Below, piece after piece: positions 51,750-64,000 of a DNA stretch of 64,000 bases (position 1 is its first letter; each line of letters opens with the position of its first letter). The notes beneath the pieces are model-generated. The model ran no database searches and was not told the DNA's origin. It saw only the letters and a list, made by a program, of their open reading frames with translations. Source of the stretch: Lama glama (lineage: Eukaryota); NCBI GenBank assembly GCA_028534125.1, contig CM052817.1, forward strand, positions 28,708,001 to 28,772,000, written 5' to 3'. The position numbers and the translations under genes are program-made.

Positions 51750-53500
51750 GTTAACTAATTTCTACGCTTTTGAGCTTTTCTGCTAGATTCTTCCTGAAAT
51801 ATTTCTTTTATAAAATGTTTTTGAGGATCTGTTGATAGTAAATTATGCTTTTACTCATGTATTTTTAAAAATTTATGTTTATTCCTAAAAGATAATATTG
51901 CTGAGTACATACATCTAAGTGGAGTGTACATTTTTCTTAGCAATTTAAAGATATGTGTCCAATGTTTTCTGACTTCCATTATAGCTGTAGAGAAGTCTGT
52001 TGTCATTTAGCTGATCTTTCTTTTGTCTGTAGGTCCTTTCAGCAGAGATGGGGATACTACACCTCATGGCCTGTGTCTTGTTCTTATATGGATCTCAAGC
52101 TAAGAATTTTTTTTTAAAATATTTTTAAAAGATGAAAAAAGAGCAATATGAGACAGTAATCCTACATGGCACACAAAGCCTAAAATATTTACTCTCTGGT
52201 CCTTTTCAGAAAAAGCCTGCATTGTCGCTGTTTGCCTGTTATGAGGACAGTTTCATTTTCTCTTTGCCTCATTTATTCCTTCCTTCCTTTATTTCTCCCT
52301 TCCTTCCTCTCCTTTCCTCTTCCTCTGCTTCCTTCCTCTCTCTCCTGTCTTCCTCCCTTTTTTTTCTTTTTGTTTGTTTTGCAAATTCTCTGCAATATGA
52401 CAGATGCCAGTTTATTTTTGTTTATTCTACTTGATATAACTTGTGAACCTTGTACTGGTAAACTCATAGATTTGGTTTACTTAAAAATAAATACTAACAT
52501 TGTCTTTCAAATATTGTCTCTCTCTGACTTTTTCTACCAATGGAACTTCTCCTTCTATGTTCCATGTCTATTAAACTTTCATAATTTACATCTCCTCTTT
52601 TCTTAGAAACTACATCGTGAGTCATTTTTTCAGCTCTATTTTCACTTTCATGAGTTCTCTTTTCACGTGTGTCTAAATTGCTATATATAATTTTTATATT
52701 AAGTCTTTCTTGTCAATGATTAATGTTTTTGATTTTTAGAAGTTTTACTTTGATTTCTAAAAGTTATAATTTAATTTTGTTTCTAATCATTATACTTCAT
52801 TCTGTTATATTTTGTTCTTTGCCAATAAGTTTTTGGTAATTTCTTATCTTTCCTGATTTTTTATTTTAAATTTCATGCTTTACTTACGCATATTTAGTTT
52901 GTTTTTTGAATTTAATAATAAGCAAATGTTAAGCATGTATGCATTAAATTTATTTTTTTTACAGTAATTCTCACTCATGGTGATTAATATACCTAAAAGT
53001 TAGCTATTTTTTTTAAATCATAGCCACATATTTAGTTCAGGTTAATAAATGAGAATCCTTAGGATTTAAATTTAATTAATTAATTAATTAAATTTATTTT
53101 TTTTAATAGGATTTAAGATTACTTACTTGTAAAGAAGATTTGGATATCCTTCTGCTTGGGTCAAGACTGACACTAAAGTGAAACTCCTCACTTCAGTAGT
53201 CCTAAACTAAAACTGAATGTCAGGTTGGCTTCTCCACCTTGTGACAATGCAGGCTTAGCTTTCTTACTGAGCTCAGCTATCTCAGCTCCTTCACTGATGT
53301 TTGCTCCCACACAGGCCTTCGCTACACTTGGCTTGGGGGCACTATTCAAATTCTCTTCTCCACATTTTCTCCTGTTCTAGTCTTTCTTCTTTTTCTGGCC
53401 CTTTCAGATTTCCCTGGATGCTCAAGAGTCTTTAAGTATTATTTATGGTAGTTTATCAATGATCTACTTGCATGTAGATTCTTCTTCAGACTATATAGTT
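51750..53500 (-). mobile_element. Ancient L1/HAL1 remnant with MER58-like insert (~52040-52220)
   Basis: tttctgacttccattatagctgtagagaagtctgttgtca; aagcctaaaatatttactctctggtccttttcagaaaaag. Confidence 0.55.
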
Positions 53501-55953
53501 TTTGCTGCTGTAAAAAAAACCGAATACTTTAACTTTCAGATAAGAAAATGAAAAGTTGGAAAGATTAGGCTATTTTTCCAAAGCAACATGGGTAAAAAGT
53601 GGCAGAGATAGCCTCATAATTTATAATTTCTAGTTTTAATTCCAGTACTTACTCCATTTGTTATAATATTACAACTGACTCTCATGGATGAAGTCCTTTA
53701 TTATTGTTTCCTTTGAATTCAAAGTGAAGTATAATATGAAATACTCTATTCATCATCACTTACTTTATACTCATGTATATAGTTCATTTATTTTTAATGT
53801 GTATCAATTTTGTCTCCATATCTAGAATGGAAAATCTGTGATGCCAGGCAAAAAAAACCCTGTCCCCAAACCTTTATCCCTTTATCTTTTGAATATCTAA
53901 GTGAATATTTAAATTTTAAGCACTAAAGCTTGCTCATTGACTGTTTATGAATCAATGTAATCTATGTAACATTTTAGCTCCTGCTTTCTTTACTCTGTTT
54001 GTCCTTCTCTTTCTGTTTTAGTCTGTATCTCAAGTATACAAAAATTCAGTGTTCTTCATATCAATTCTGCTTAAAAGGGAAATCATGCATATTAATGACC
54101 TATATATACAGTAATATGAGCAATGCTTCATAGCTTAGTATTTTACTAGTCTAAAACTAAATCTGTAATAAACTATTTATCAAATAAAAGAATAAAACAT
54201 CATAACTCAGAAATAAAATTATTTTAAGAATTTTTTCAATTAAAAATGTAGATAAGTGGTAATTCAATTTTAAATAAAATTTATATAAAATAATAATCTT
54301 CACTTATTTAAATTTTAATAACATTATTTTAAATAGTTTATAATTTTTATGTGGAAACACTTCATTAATTTTAATTGAAAACTAAGGACAAGTAAATTTA
54401 ACACTTCTATATTGTGATCATGATATTTAATTAGGAGGTCAATAAATTAAATCTGTAATTCAGAATTCTTTAGAGAAGTAACAAAAAATGTTGCATAGAA
54501 TTGATCATGAATTTTAGTTCAGATCTGCTTTAGAATATGATTACCTTCTTAATTTGTAATGCTTCATATGAATCTAAAATTATATAATACAAAAGAGTTT
54601 TTTTGGAAACTAGTGGACCAATATTAAGCTGTCTAGTTTTCTTGGGAGGAAAGAACCCACAAACATGAAGAGTAGAATGTCTGCCCGGACTGTATTTCTT
54701 AGAATACAAAACCAGAAACATGTCCCCTGTGCAGTGTCATGACTCATTAGCAGCTTAAAAAAGTACTCAGAGGCTGATGATACGGGAAATTGTAGAAAGA
54801 AACAGTTGCTAACATTCACTGTAGCCAAAAGGCACTTTCAATTCTTATAAAAAGAGACTCTGAATGAAAGATAATGCACAGAATAGGAAATTAGTATTTT
54901 TGAAAACTATGTTATTAAATTTTTACGAATGGCAAATCTAAACTAGAATTTGTGACAAAACAGAGAATTCATTATGTTATAAAGATTATCAGTGTATGTA
55001 TATGTCTCACAATTTCACAATTTAGTTCTCTTTTTCTTAGCTGAAGTGCCTTTTTAATTCATAGATACCAAGTCCAATCACCCAAACCATCATTTCCCCA
55101 AGAATCTCTAAAACGCTTGGAGAAAAATGAAGCGATCTTTTGGAATAACAGGTCACAGGGATTATGATTCTTGACCCAAAATTAAGGGTGGGGCTGGGAA
55201 AGCTTATGGATTGTTAAATTGACCTGCAGGAAATCTTCACTTGCTAGAAGAGGAATATTTGTGCAAGCAACAATGAAACATTAGCACTGACACAGAAGTG
55301 TGTAAGCACCATTCAAACTAGTTTTGAAAGATAAGAAATACGGAGTGCCATAGTATCTGTATTTGGTTATTGTTACCAAGTCAAGGGGCTTTTCAACATC
55401 CCTTCCTCAAGTACTATCTCCCACTCTTCCTGGGTCAGTGTAGCTTCATGAAATAAGAGTTAAAGATACACAACATTAAGTGAGATTCTGAGCTAAATAA
55501 TGATTATAGAATTCTTCTCTGCTTCATAAAACCAGAGCCCTGTGGCCACTGATTTTCATAACACTGCAATTGTGTTTTCCTAAGTGCCCCAGACAAGCCA
55601 TTTCATTCTCTTCTATTCACAGTGCTGTGGTTCAGTGTTTCATACTGTAGGACACAGCCTTGTGCTTTTTTGACATATCACCCCTCCATAAGCCTAGCAC
55701 AAGTTCTGCTCGGCCACTTCAAAAAGCATTATAAAGGAACCAAATTTTAAAAACTCCTTAATGAATAATGTTACACTATAATGAATTTCAATTTTATTTC
55801 TGACTTCATGCTCAAGCCACAATTTTTGTAATTAACCTATATAGACAAATTTCTTTAAAATGTTGCAAATTACATTTTGACCATTTTAAGTAAAGAGAAA
55901 CGATGATATGAAGTAAAGAATCAACTAATAAATACCAATTTCCAGTTGCTTTA

Positions 55954-56397
55954 TGTTGTGGGCTGAGCTGTGCACTCAAAAATATATGTTCACATCTTAA
56001 TTCTCTGTACGTTGAATGTGACCTTATTTGGAACTAGGGTCTCTGCCAATGTAATCGAGTTAAGATGGGGTCATATTAGATTAGGATGAGTTCTAATCCA
56101 ATGACGGGTGTCCTTATATGATGGAGGAAATTTGGGCAGAGACACAGAGGGGAAAATGACATATGAAGATAGAGGCAGACTGGAGTCACAAGAGCTACAA
56201 GTCAAGGAATGCCAAAAATTGAAAGCCACCACCAGAAGCTAGGAAGAGCTGAGGGGGGATTCTACCCAGAGGCTCAGACGGAGCATGGCTTCTTGATTTC
56301 AGACTTTGAGAGTCCAGACCTGTGAAAGAATAAATTTCTGTTGTTTTAAGCTACCCATCTATGTTAATTTGTTATGGCAGCCTTAGGAGACCTGTCA
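55954..56397 (+). mobile_element. MaLR MLT1 (MLT1C-like) solo LTR
   Basis: TG...CA termini with perfect 5-bp TSD CTTTA; gaatgtgaccttatttggaa.tagggtc; caaggaatgccaa; ccaccagaagctaggaagag. Confidence 0.9.
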
Positions 56398-58363
56398 CTT
56401 TATTATTAAATATTTGTCATGGTAGTCACTGTTAGAGATAATTTTTGGTTACTATATCTGCATAGAAATAAAATTTATAATCACTGTTTCAAAGAATGAC
56501 CTATATCTGTGAGAACAGCTAGGATAATTTAAACATTTTACCAAAGGCAAATTACCTATAAGAGTCAGACTGCAACAATGTATAATTTATGGATATAAAA
56601 AGTTTAAGTCCTTTATTTTCTGTAAGTGAAAACTATTATTTGAGTGTTTATGTAGCCAAATTAATCAGTACAAAATGATATGAGCGGTCCAAAAAGTTGT
56701 AAGACTGGGCTTCTGCACTCATGTTGAAGGAAAGCACAAAGTTTTTACATCTACAGATTAAAGCAGAACATATGGTGCATAAAGTGTAACCATGAGTTAT
56801 TCCACTGACTTTACTACCCATTTTTTGACGTTGGGCCTTCAACCTTGCTTTTGGATTGAAGATGAGTTCAGAATTTTTTCCAATTTTCATCTAAGCTAAA
56901 AGATAAATTCTAACTAGCTTACTTAACGGCTATTGTAGCAGTTTCAAAGAACACAGAAAGTCAGAAATTAAATGCCACTTGTCTGTTATGTAAATCTTCA
57001 AGCTGTATGATGGGTTTTCTTGTGAGATGGGGCTTTCTCAGTATAGGCTGATAAAACATAATAGAGCCTAAATCTAGTATTACACTAGTGAAGGGAAGGC
57101 CCACATTCAAGGTGCTGGTATAGAGCAAGGTAAAGTCATCAAAGTGATGGATCTAAATTATTTACCATCCTAGGGAAACTGGTATTACGTGACTGCATGC
57201 TCTCATAAATGCAATCAAGAATATTCATGTCAAGAGCTACAGAACATTCTTTTTAAAAGCAGTGGCAAAGACGGTAAGGCAGAAGAGGTTAAAAGACCTT
57301 TAAAGGGGAGACCTCCCTTACATAGCTTAATCCCAAAGTGGTGGCATGTTAAAGTGTTGACTACCACGTAGGGATCTATTGAAAAAAGAAATAGTTGGGG
57401 TTTCATTGGAGAGAGGGATATAGAGGTATTTCCTAATAGGCTGCAGATAATCAGAGTGATGTGAAAGATTCACTTTTTTTTCCTACAATAGGGTAAGTAG
57501 GTCTGAGAAGAACACATCTAATGTTGTCTAACACCTAGGATGCCGTAGCAATATATAGACATTGATGAAAAGACATATAAGAAATATCTTTGGGGAGTCC
57601 ACCAAGGTGTGACTAGGGTAAGGGTGTGGTAGAAGGAACATCCCACTGTACCCCGATCCTACCCAAAGCACCATTCATGCTTCCTTAATAAAGATGCAAT
57701 TATCAAAATGAGGTTCGCAGCACTGGACATTCTGCTCCTGCTACCCACTGAGGAGCTGTTTGTTTTTGACTCCTCTGTACTCTTCCCTCTACAAAGGGGG
57801 ATGCACCTTATAATGCTAAGTTCTTTGGAACTTCTTTAGTACTGAATAGAGACAAATGCTGTCAGAGAGGAATCACAGTTATTCGGAGCTGGAGTCAAAG
57901 GCGGAAAATTTCAGGAATATTTGGAGTAAAGGATTCACTATGTTTGTATGTGAGGAAAATGAACTGAAGATGAGAAAAGAAAATTTAAGACAGGCTATCT
58001 CTCTCTCTCCCTCCACAGTGTTTGAGAATTACTTTATGTTGAAAGTTTTGTCTTCTTTCTTTTGACCATGTTACTATTCTAACCCTAGAACATGAGGGCC
58101 CTGGCTTCCTATTTGTTGTATTTTGGGAGACACGTGATGGATTTTAGACCTAAGGATTAATAGCCAGTTGTGCACCCCCCACACACAGACACACGCATAC
58201 ATATAGCTGAATAAACAGAATAAGTCCATCATCTTGGTATGAGCTAGAATGTATATCATTGCTACTGCTTCATGCTTGACTGAGAAGGGTACAAACAGGC
58301 AAATACCATCAGCTGGAAATCCATGATTGTCCTTGGAGTGCTACTAAAACACCAAAAGAACTT

Positions 58364-59476
58364 TGTAAAGCAGTTATCAATTTATTGCCTTACAGCTCCA
58401 AATTCACCCTTCAGTACCTTCTCTGTTTAAATGGACTGAGCTTCTTAACTATTTCAAGCTTTTCTCCTTTACAATGAGCATGTTAAGTACTGACAGCAGA
58501 GGGTGGTGGAACACTGCAGGAAGAATTGGGTAGCTCTTGTTTCACTGTGTGTGTGTGTGTGTGTGTAGGGACATCCAGTGGTGTTGTGTCTTACCCATGT
58601 GCCCGAGGGGCAGTTCCTTGGGCATCACATTGACCTGGCATGGTCTGGTGATGACACTGCTATTGCCCTTATAAAATGAACAATGCCTGATTCAAGACTC
58701 ATGCCCAAATCTGCGTCCCAGGATCCTCTTCACGCACGTATGCCCCACAGGGCTGTTTCCCGGACAAATTCTTCTCCATCCTGTGGGCTGCAACCTCACC
58801 TGCAACGAGGTGTAATTCCAGATTTTGGGAGTATATATGTTCCCTGGGGCTACTCTAACAGATTACCGCAAACCGAGTGACTTAAAACAACAAAAATCTA
58901 TTGTCTTGCAACTTTGGAGGCTGGAAGTTCAGAATCAAGGTGTTGGCAGGTCACTGCTCCCTCTGAAAGCTATAGAGAAATTCTTCCTTGACTCTTCCTA
59001 ACTTCTGGTGGTTAGCAGTAATCTTTGGCATGCCTTGGCTGGCAGCCACTTCACTCCAATCTCTTCCCTTGTTGTCATGTGGCTGTCTTCTAGTATGTCT
59101 CTGTCTCCATAGCTGGTCTTCTTCTAAGGACACTGGTCACACTGGATTAGGGGTCCACTCCACCTCAGCATGACTTCATCTTAACTAATTACATTTGCAA
59201 CAGTTCTATTTCAAATAAGGGCTCCCATTCTGAGGTACTGGGAATTAGATCTTCAACAAACTGGTGGGCACATCTTGCTCCACAACAGGGAGGAAAGTCT
59301 CCTTTCAAGTGTGTCCCTCCTCAGATACCTGCCCCCTCAGACTTTGGGTACCTTTTAGAGTTCTTGTTATGTCTTTATATTTACTCTTCTACCATAATCT
59401 AAGCAATCTTTACATTAAACTTCTCTGCTTCAATTGATGTGTGGTTTCTATCTCCTGACTGGGCTCAGACTAGCGA
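58364..59476 (+). mobile_element. LTR33-like ERVL LTR, interrupted by MLT1 and containing (TG)n
   Basis: tttattgccttacagctccaaattcacccttc start; gtgtggtttctatctcctgactggg end. Confidence 0.7.
58832..59287 (-). mobile_element. MaLR MLT1 (MLT1C-like) solo LTR nested in the LTR33-like element
   Basis: gacttaaaacaac...ggaggctggaagttcagaatcaaggtgttggcagg; perfect TSD GGGAG at 58827-58831 and 59288-59292. Confidence 0.9.
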
Positions 59477-60394
59477 AGGTTGTGGAAAACATACTAAAAT
59501 TGAAATAATTTTTGGAAGACTTCAAATTTGGACTGGATGGTCTAGTTGGAGAATGAGATTTATGTGCCATCAATGAGAAATTTTCCAAAAATCTCTAGTG
59601 AAATAACTTTCCATTTAAAAAATTAAGCTTTAATATAAGCCTATTTTTTTTCAATAAGCTGGAATTCTTTTGAAAGGGGCAAGGGGATAACATCCTAGAA
59701 ACTCTTAACTATATATAACAAGAGGACGAGGAAACAAATAGGGTTTAGGATACAAGACACAAAGCATTTTCTTCGAGGAATTTTAAAATCTACCTCAGGG
59801 TATTTCAGGTCTGCAAAAAGGGACTCTAAGTTGAAACACCGAAAAATGAATAGACACACAGTAGAGAATTATCATTATCTGTGTATAAGCTAGAGAGGTT
59901 CATCCTAAGAGTTACAAGTGAAAGTTCTGAGCAGAATTGCCTCATTGGCCTTGATCATGTGTATGTCCCAGGAGACAGGTCCTGGGTTTATATTCTTAAT
60001 TCCTCACCTTGGATCTGTGAAATATATACTAAGCTTTCATGTTTGAACTGGAAGATGAATCACAATATTCATCATAGATAGGAATTTTCTAATCAGAACA
60101 TACTAAAGAACTAGAAGCAGTTAAACTGAGTTCTTGATGAAGCAGTATTTAATCAAAAATTAATAAAGGATATCTGATTTCACTTACAATCCAAGAAATC
60201 ATCCTGACTCTCAAACTCATTTAAAAATGACTGACAAGAAAAGGAAATAAAACAGGAGTAGAACTGAGTTGATAAGGCAGGAAAATTCAGGAAGCCAGAA
60301 GTGTTATACATCTGATTCCCCCTACCCCTCCAGAAAATGCATCTCTGACAGATGGGGTCACAGGAGGTGAAGAAATATTGGTCCTGCAGTCCTA

Positions 60395-60605
60395 GTTAGG
60401 GGAGCTCTTGGCAATGCCTGGTGACATTTTTGTTTGGCATAACTGGTCAGAGGTGCTACTAGTATCTCATGGATTCAGGCCGAGGATGATACTAAACATC
60501 TGTAGTGCTTGGGACATCCTCGCCCTTTCTGCCCTCCATCCACACATGAAAGGGGATTATCTGGCCCAAACTGTCAATAGTGGCAGGTTGCAACATCTTG
60601 ATTTA
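60395..60605. mobile_element. MER20 (hAT-Charlie)
   Basis: ttggcaatgcctggtgacatttttg...aggccgaggatgatactaaacatc...ttatctggcccaaactgtcaatagtg. Confidence 0.8.
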
Positions 60606-61619
60606 GGCTGACAAGATACATTATCTAGAATTCCTTTCTCTCCTTCTAATTCTGAGAAGAGTTGTAGCTGAAGCAAACCATTGTAACACGTGATTCATTC
60701 AGCATGACAAACACTAGACAGGCATGCTCAGCTGGCCGGATCACACTCCAACTCCAGCCCACTTCTTATCTCCCAGGACACGATGCTTTCCCAGGAAAGG
60801 ACTAAGCTGATTTACATAATGGCCGCAGAATTTCTGAAGACACTGAAGGTGCCACACAGGGTGAGGTTACTAACCAATGGTAGACTAAACTCTTGAGTGC
60901 TCAAGTAGAGGCTGCCGCCATTCTGACTATAGCAGGAAAGGAGAAATGCTTTGGTGAGGGGTTCTAGTTTATTTTAGGGAAAAAAAGATGCCTTGCTAAC
61001 AAGTCCAGGGTATCTGACTTTGTGCTTAATATTGTGATTTTGACCAAAGCAGAAGTGACAGGTTGTAAACGAATGTGAGTAAGAATTAATACCCAACCTC
61101 ACTCCTTCCAACCTGGTCACAAGCACAGTGATTAACACTGCAGACATTTAATGCAGGTTCTGTGATGCAGCTGCCCTCATTCTATTTACTTATCTCAAAT
61201 AAAGTGAAAATTACAGACAATTTCTGTTCTGCAGAACAGAAAACAATCTTTTTCATATTTACTGCCCAAAAGTAAAATGTTTCAAATATCATGAAGACCA
61301 CTAATTGAATTCCTAAACTGTATTAGCTAATTTCTTAAAAATTCAAATGTTTTATTAATGATATTGTTTCTCATTATTATAAATAAAAGTTGATAAATAA
61401 GTAGGTAGATGATAAATAAACTGATCAACAGATATATAGATAGAGATGCTATCTGATCTTAGCAGGCTCTTCACTGATTTTTGGCAACCATTTTATTTAT
61501 ATCTTAATTGAATTACTCACAATGTTTTTGCAAACATTTAGTTCTTGTCTTTAGCTCAGAAGCCCTTTTAGCTTCTCATCATTATCTCTACACTCAATAG
61601 ATGCTACATTAATGCAACT

Positions 61620-63130
61620 AGTATTTATTGATTGTCTTGATGAACCAGGCAATATGATACATCTTCAAGATATATTGTTCAACAAGACCAACAACTTACT
61701 GACTCCTAGAGCTTGCTTTCTAGTGGGGCAAAGAGATATTCAGCAATAAAATAGATAACCACAGATCTGATAGATATTATGAGAGAAATAAATGTAACAG
61801 AGAGGATCTATTTAAGATGAGGAATTGGGAGAAACTTCTTTAATATCTCATTAAGGATAAATATATTCACTAAAACCCAAGGGTTCACTCAGAGGAGTAG
61901 AATTGCTATGAGAGGACAGAATAAGGGACTGATTATAGGTGTTAGTCCTCATGCAAGTATGGGAGCTGTTGGGAGTGTCTGGGCAGCCCACTGTCTCTAT
62001 ATCCAGGGTTGAGCCTGCTGTTGCTGTCAGATCATGAAGACTGGAAGTCATGAAGGAAATCTGAATGTGAACGAAAGCAAGGACAAACTGAAACCTGCAA
62101 GGACAGACTGGGAACCACAAAGAATCCTGAAACTGTGTCGATCCTTCAAGCACTCTAACCTTGATCTTGTGGGTGACCTGCAGGTATAGCCAGCCCTTCG
62201 CAGTCGCACACATATGCTTACAACCAGAGACGCTGAAGTTGGAGATCTGGCCAGAGCTGAAGGAGCTGTAGATTGGGATAATGCTACACCCCAAAATGTG
62301 AGCCACTGTAACAGTGAGATGCCATACTCCCTGGTGCTCTGCATTATCATTCAGAGAGTTAAAAAGTGTGATTGTAGATTCACTTCCACTTTCCAAATCT
62401 CATGCAAAATATGTCTTATGTTCAAGGCTAACTGTAAACTGAAAGGAAGTCTGGGAATTCTAGGTGAACACATCAAGCATAAAGCCACTACGTCTGCCTA
62501 ATATGCAAACAGAAAGGGAAAGAACCAGGTAGAAAGAAAGGAAAGTAAAAATATCTGGAAGCAAAAAAGAGCATAAGAATTTTTAGGAAACAAAAGCAAC
62601 AATGATTGGCTGATATTGGATAAGGTGGAGACTGGTCTTGATACTAGGTTGGAGATGTGGATAAGAAACTAATTATAGATGTCCTTATAGATCAGGATGT
62701 GGTGTATAGATTCATTCCACATTCAATGGGAAATTATGGAACAGTTTTCACCAGAAAAGTAACTGACTTAACAATTGCATAGAGAATGTAAGGAGGATAT
62801 CAATATTGGAAGCAGGGGTGTTCTGTAGTAATCCATGAGATATATGAGTGAGGAGAAATAGATTTTTTAAAATTGAATTCAGGAGTAGGATCCACAAGAG
62901 TGCCTGAAAATTTAGATTTTTCCCCCCCAAATTGTATTCCTCTAAGGAAGAGAACCAGAATGGCTCATAGGGCTTCTGTTTTTAGTGACTGAATAAATAG
63001 CAAAGTCACTGATGAAGATGAAGAACACTGGAAGACTAGATTTTGAGGAGGAGGAGGAAAGGAAATCAAATGTAGCATTTTATACCTGCTAATTTTGAGA
63101 TGCTTTTTGAGACATCCGAGTATGCAAGGG
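61620..63130 (-). mobile_element. L2 remnant interrupted by an ERVL-like LTR
   Basis: gtatttattgattgtc...ccaggca; tagagcttgctttctagtgggg; ttttgagatgctttttgagacatcc. Confidence 0.6.
61875..62492 (-). mobile_element. Old ERVL-type LTR (LTR67B/MLT2-related)
   Basis: Repeated gcaaggacaaactgaaacctgcaaggacagactgggaacc; end ggaagtctgggaa. Confidence 0.55.
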
Positions 63131-63540
63131 TTAAATAACTTGTTCTAAGTCAACAATATTTCTAATAATGGCATGACTGCTTTCCATTAACTCAAACTTA
63201 ACAGATATTCTGAAACACTTTGGGTCTTTGTTTATTCCTTCTCATTCTCCATTTTCAACAAGCTAAAATTTTTCCAATTATTTAAACAAGTATTTCACTG
63301 AGTACTTACTATGTTCTCAATATGAAGATGAATACAATTTAGCCTTTCTTTCATGGAGTGCCTAGTCTAGTAGCAGAGAAAGAGGGATGCTGATTTTAGA
63401 GTCAAATGGAAAGTGCTACATTAGCTGCGCAAGTTCTGTCTGATTGATGTCTATGTGTTACATTCCTTTCTTTCTTTGTCTTTCCATCCACCAATCCCCC
63501 AGTCCCATAGCTGAAGTCTTAATACCCTTGCATCTAGACT

Positions 63541-63730
63541 GGGGATGGGGGAAAACTAAAGCCCACAGGCTGTTCAACTGTGTTTGTAAATAAAGTTTTA
63601 TTGGAACATAGCTATGCCTATTCATTAAAATACAGTCTATGACTGCTCTCATAAAGGCAGAGTGGAGTAGTTGTGGGCTGCAAGCCTGAAATTTTATCTG
63701 GCCCTTAAGAGACACTAGCAGATCCCTGAT
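63541..63730. mobile_element. MER58A (hAT-Charlie)
   Basis: tgtgtttgtaaataaagttttattggaacatagctatgcctattcatt...gcagagtggagtagttgtg. Confidence 0.8.
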
Positions 63731-64000
63731 TTAGACCAAAGCATTGTAATATTTTTTATGTGAGTTCCTTCTCTCCTCTTTCCCTCAATCCAATCCTTCT
63801 TATATATCACTGCTACATTAATATCTCAAAAGTTGTTATAATCCTCTCTTCAAAGAGACATGGTATACTTAAATAAATGTGAAAAAAACATTCTAAAAGT
63901 GCCTTTGAATATATCATACACTACTCATAATTCTTCAACAGCTCTCTACTGCCTTATGAATTAAATATGAACATCCATTCTGACATTCAAAAGCCTCCAT

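Noticed and set aside
61851..62396. 181-aa ORF (longest in the track)
   Set aside because: Lies within an old LTR remnant and shows no recognisable protein similarity.

Overview
AT-rich, CpG-depleted, repeat-dense mammalian genomic DNA, most likely camelid (camel, alpaca or llama), inferred from two tRNA-Ala-derived SINEs of Vic-1 type. The only supportable protein-coding segment is the terminal coding exon of KCTD8 (GABA-B receptor auxiliary subunit, C-terminal part with the H2 domain) on the minus strand at 24494-24954. Its 3' UTR lies to the left, and roughly 24955-64000 is part of its long preceding intron. The rest is L1, L2, MIR, MaLR, ERV1/ERVL solo LTRs and hAT/Tigger fossils, several of them nested. 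All other ORFs in the track are chance or repeat-derived. I found no evidence of a novel multi-gene biological system. The best second-look items are: a well-preserved solo LTR with a CCAAT/octamer array pointing antisense into the KCTD8 3' end; a short 3'-UTR-like retrocopy at the window start; alternative poly(A), miRNA and Pumilio motif clusters in the KCTD8 3' UTR; candidate enhancers; and a few micro-insertions. Repeat subfamily names are from recalled consensus similarity, not from a database search, and boundaries of old repeats are approximate.
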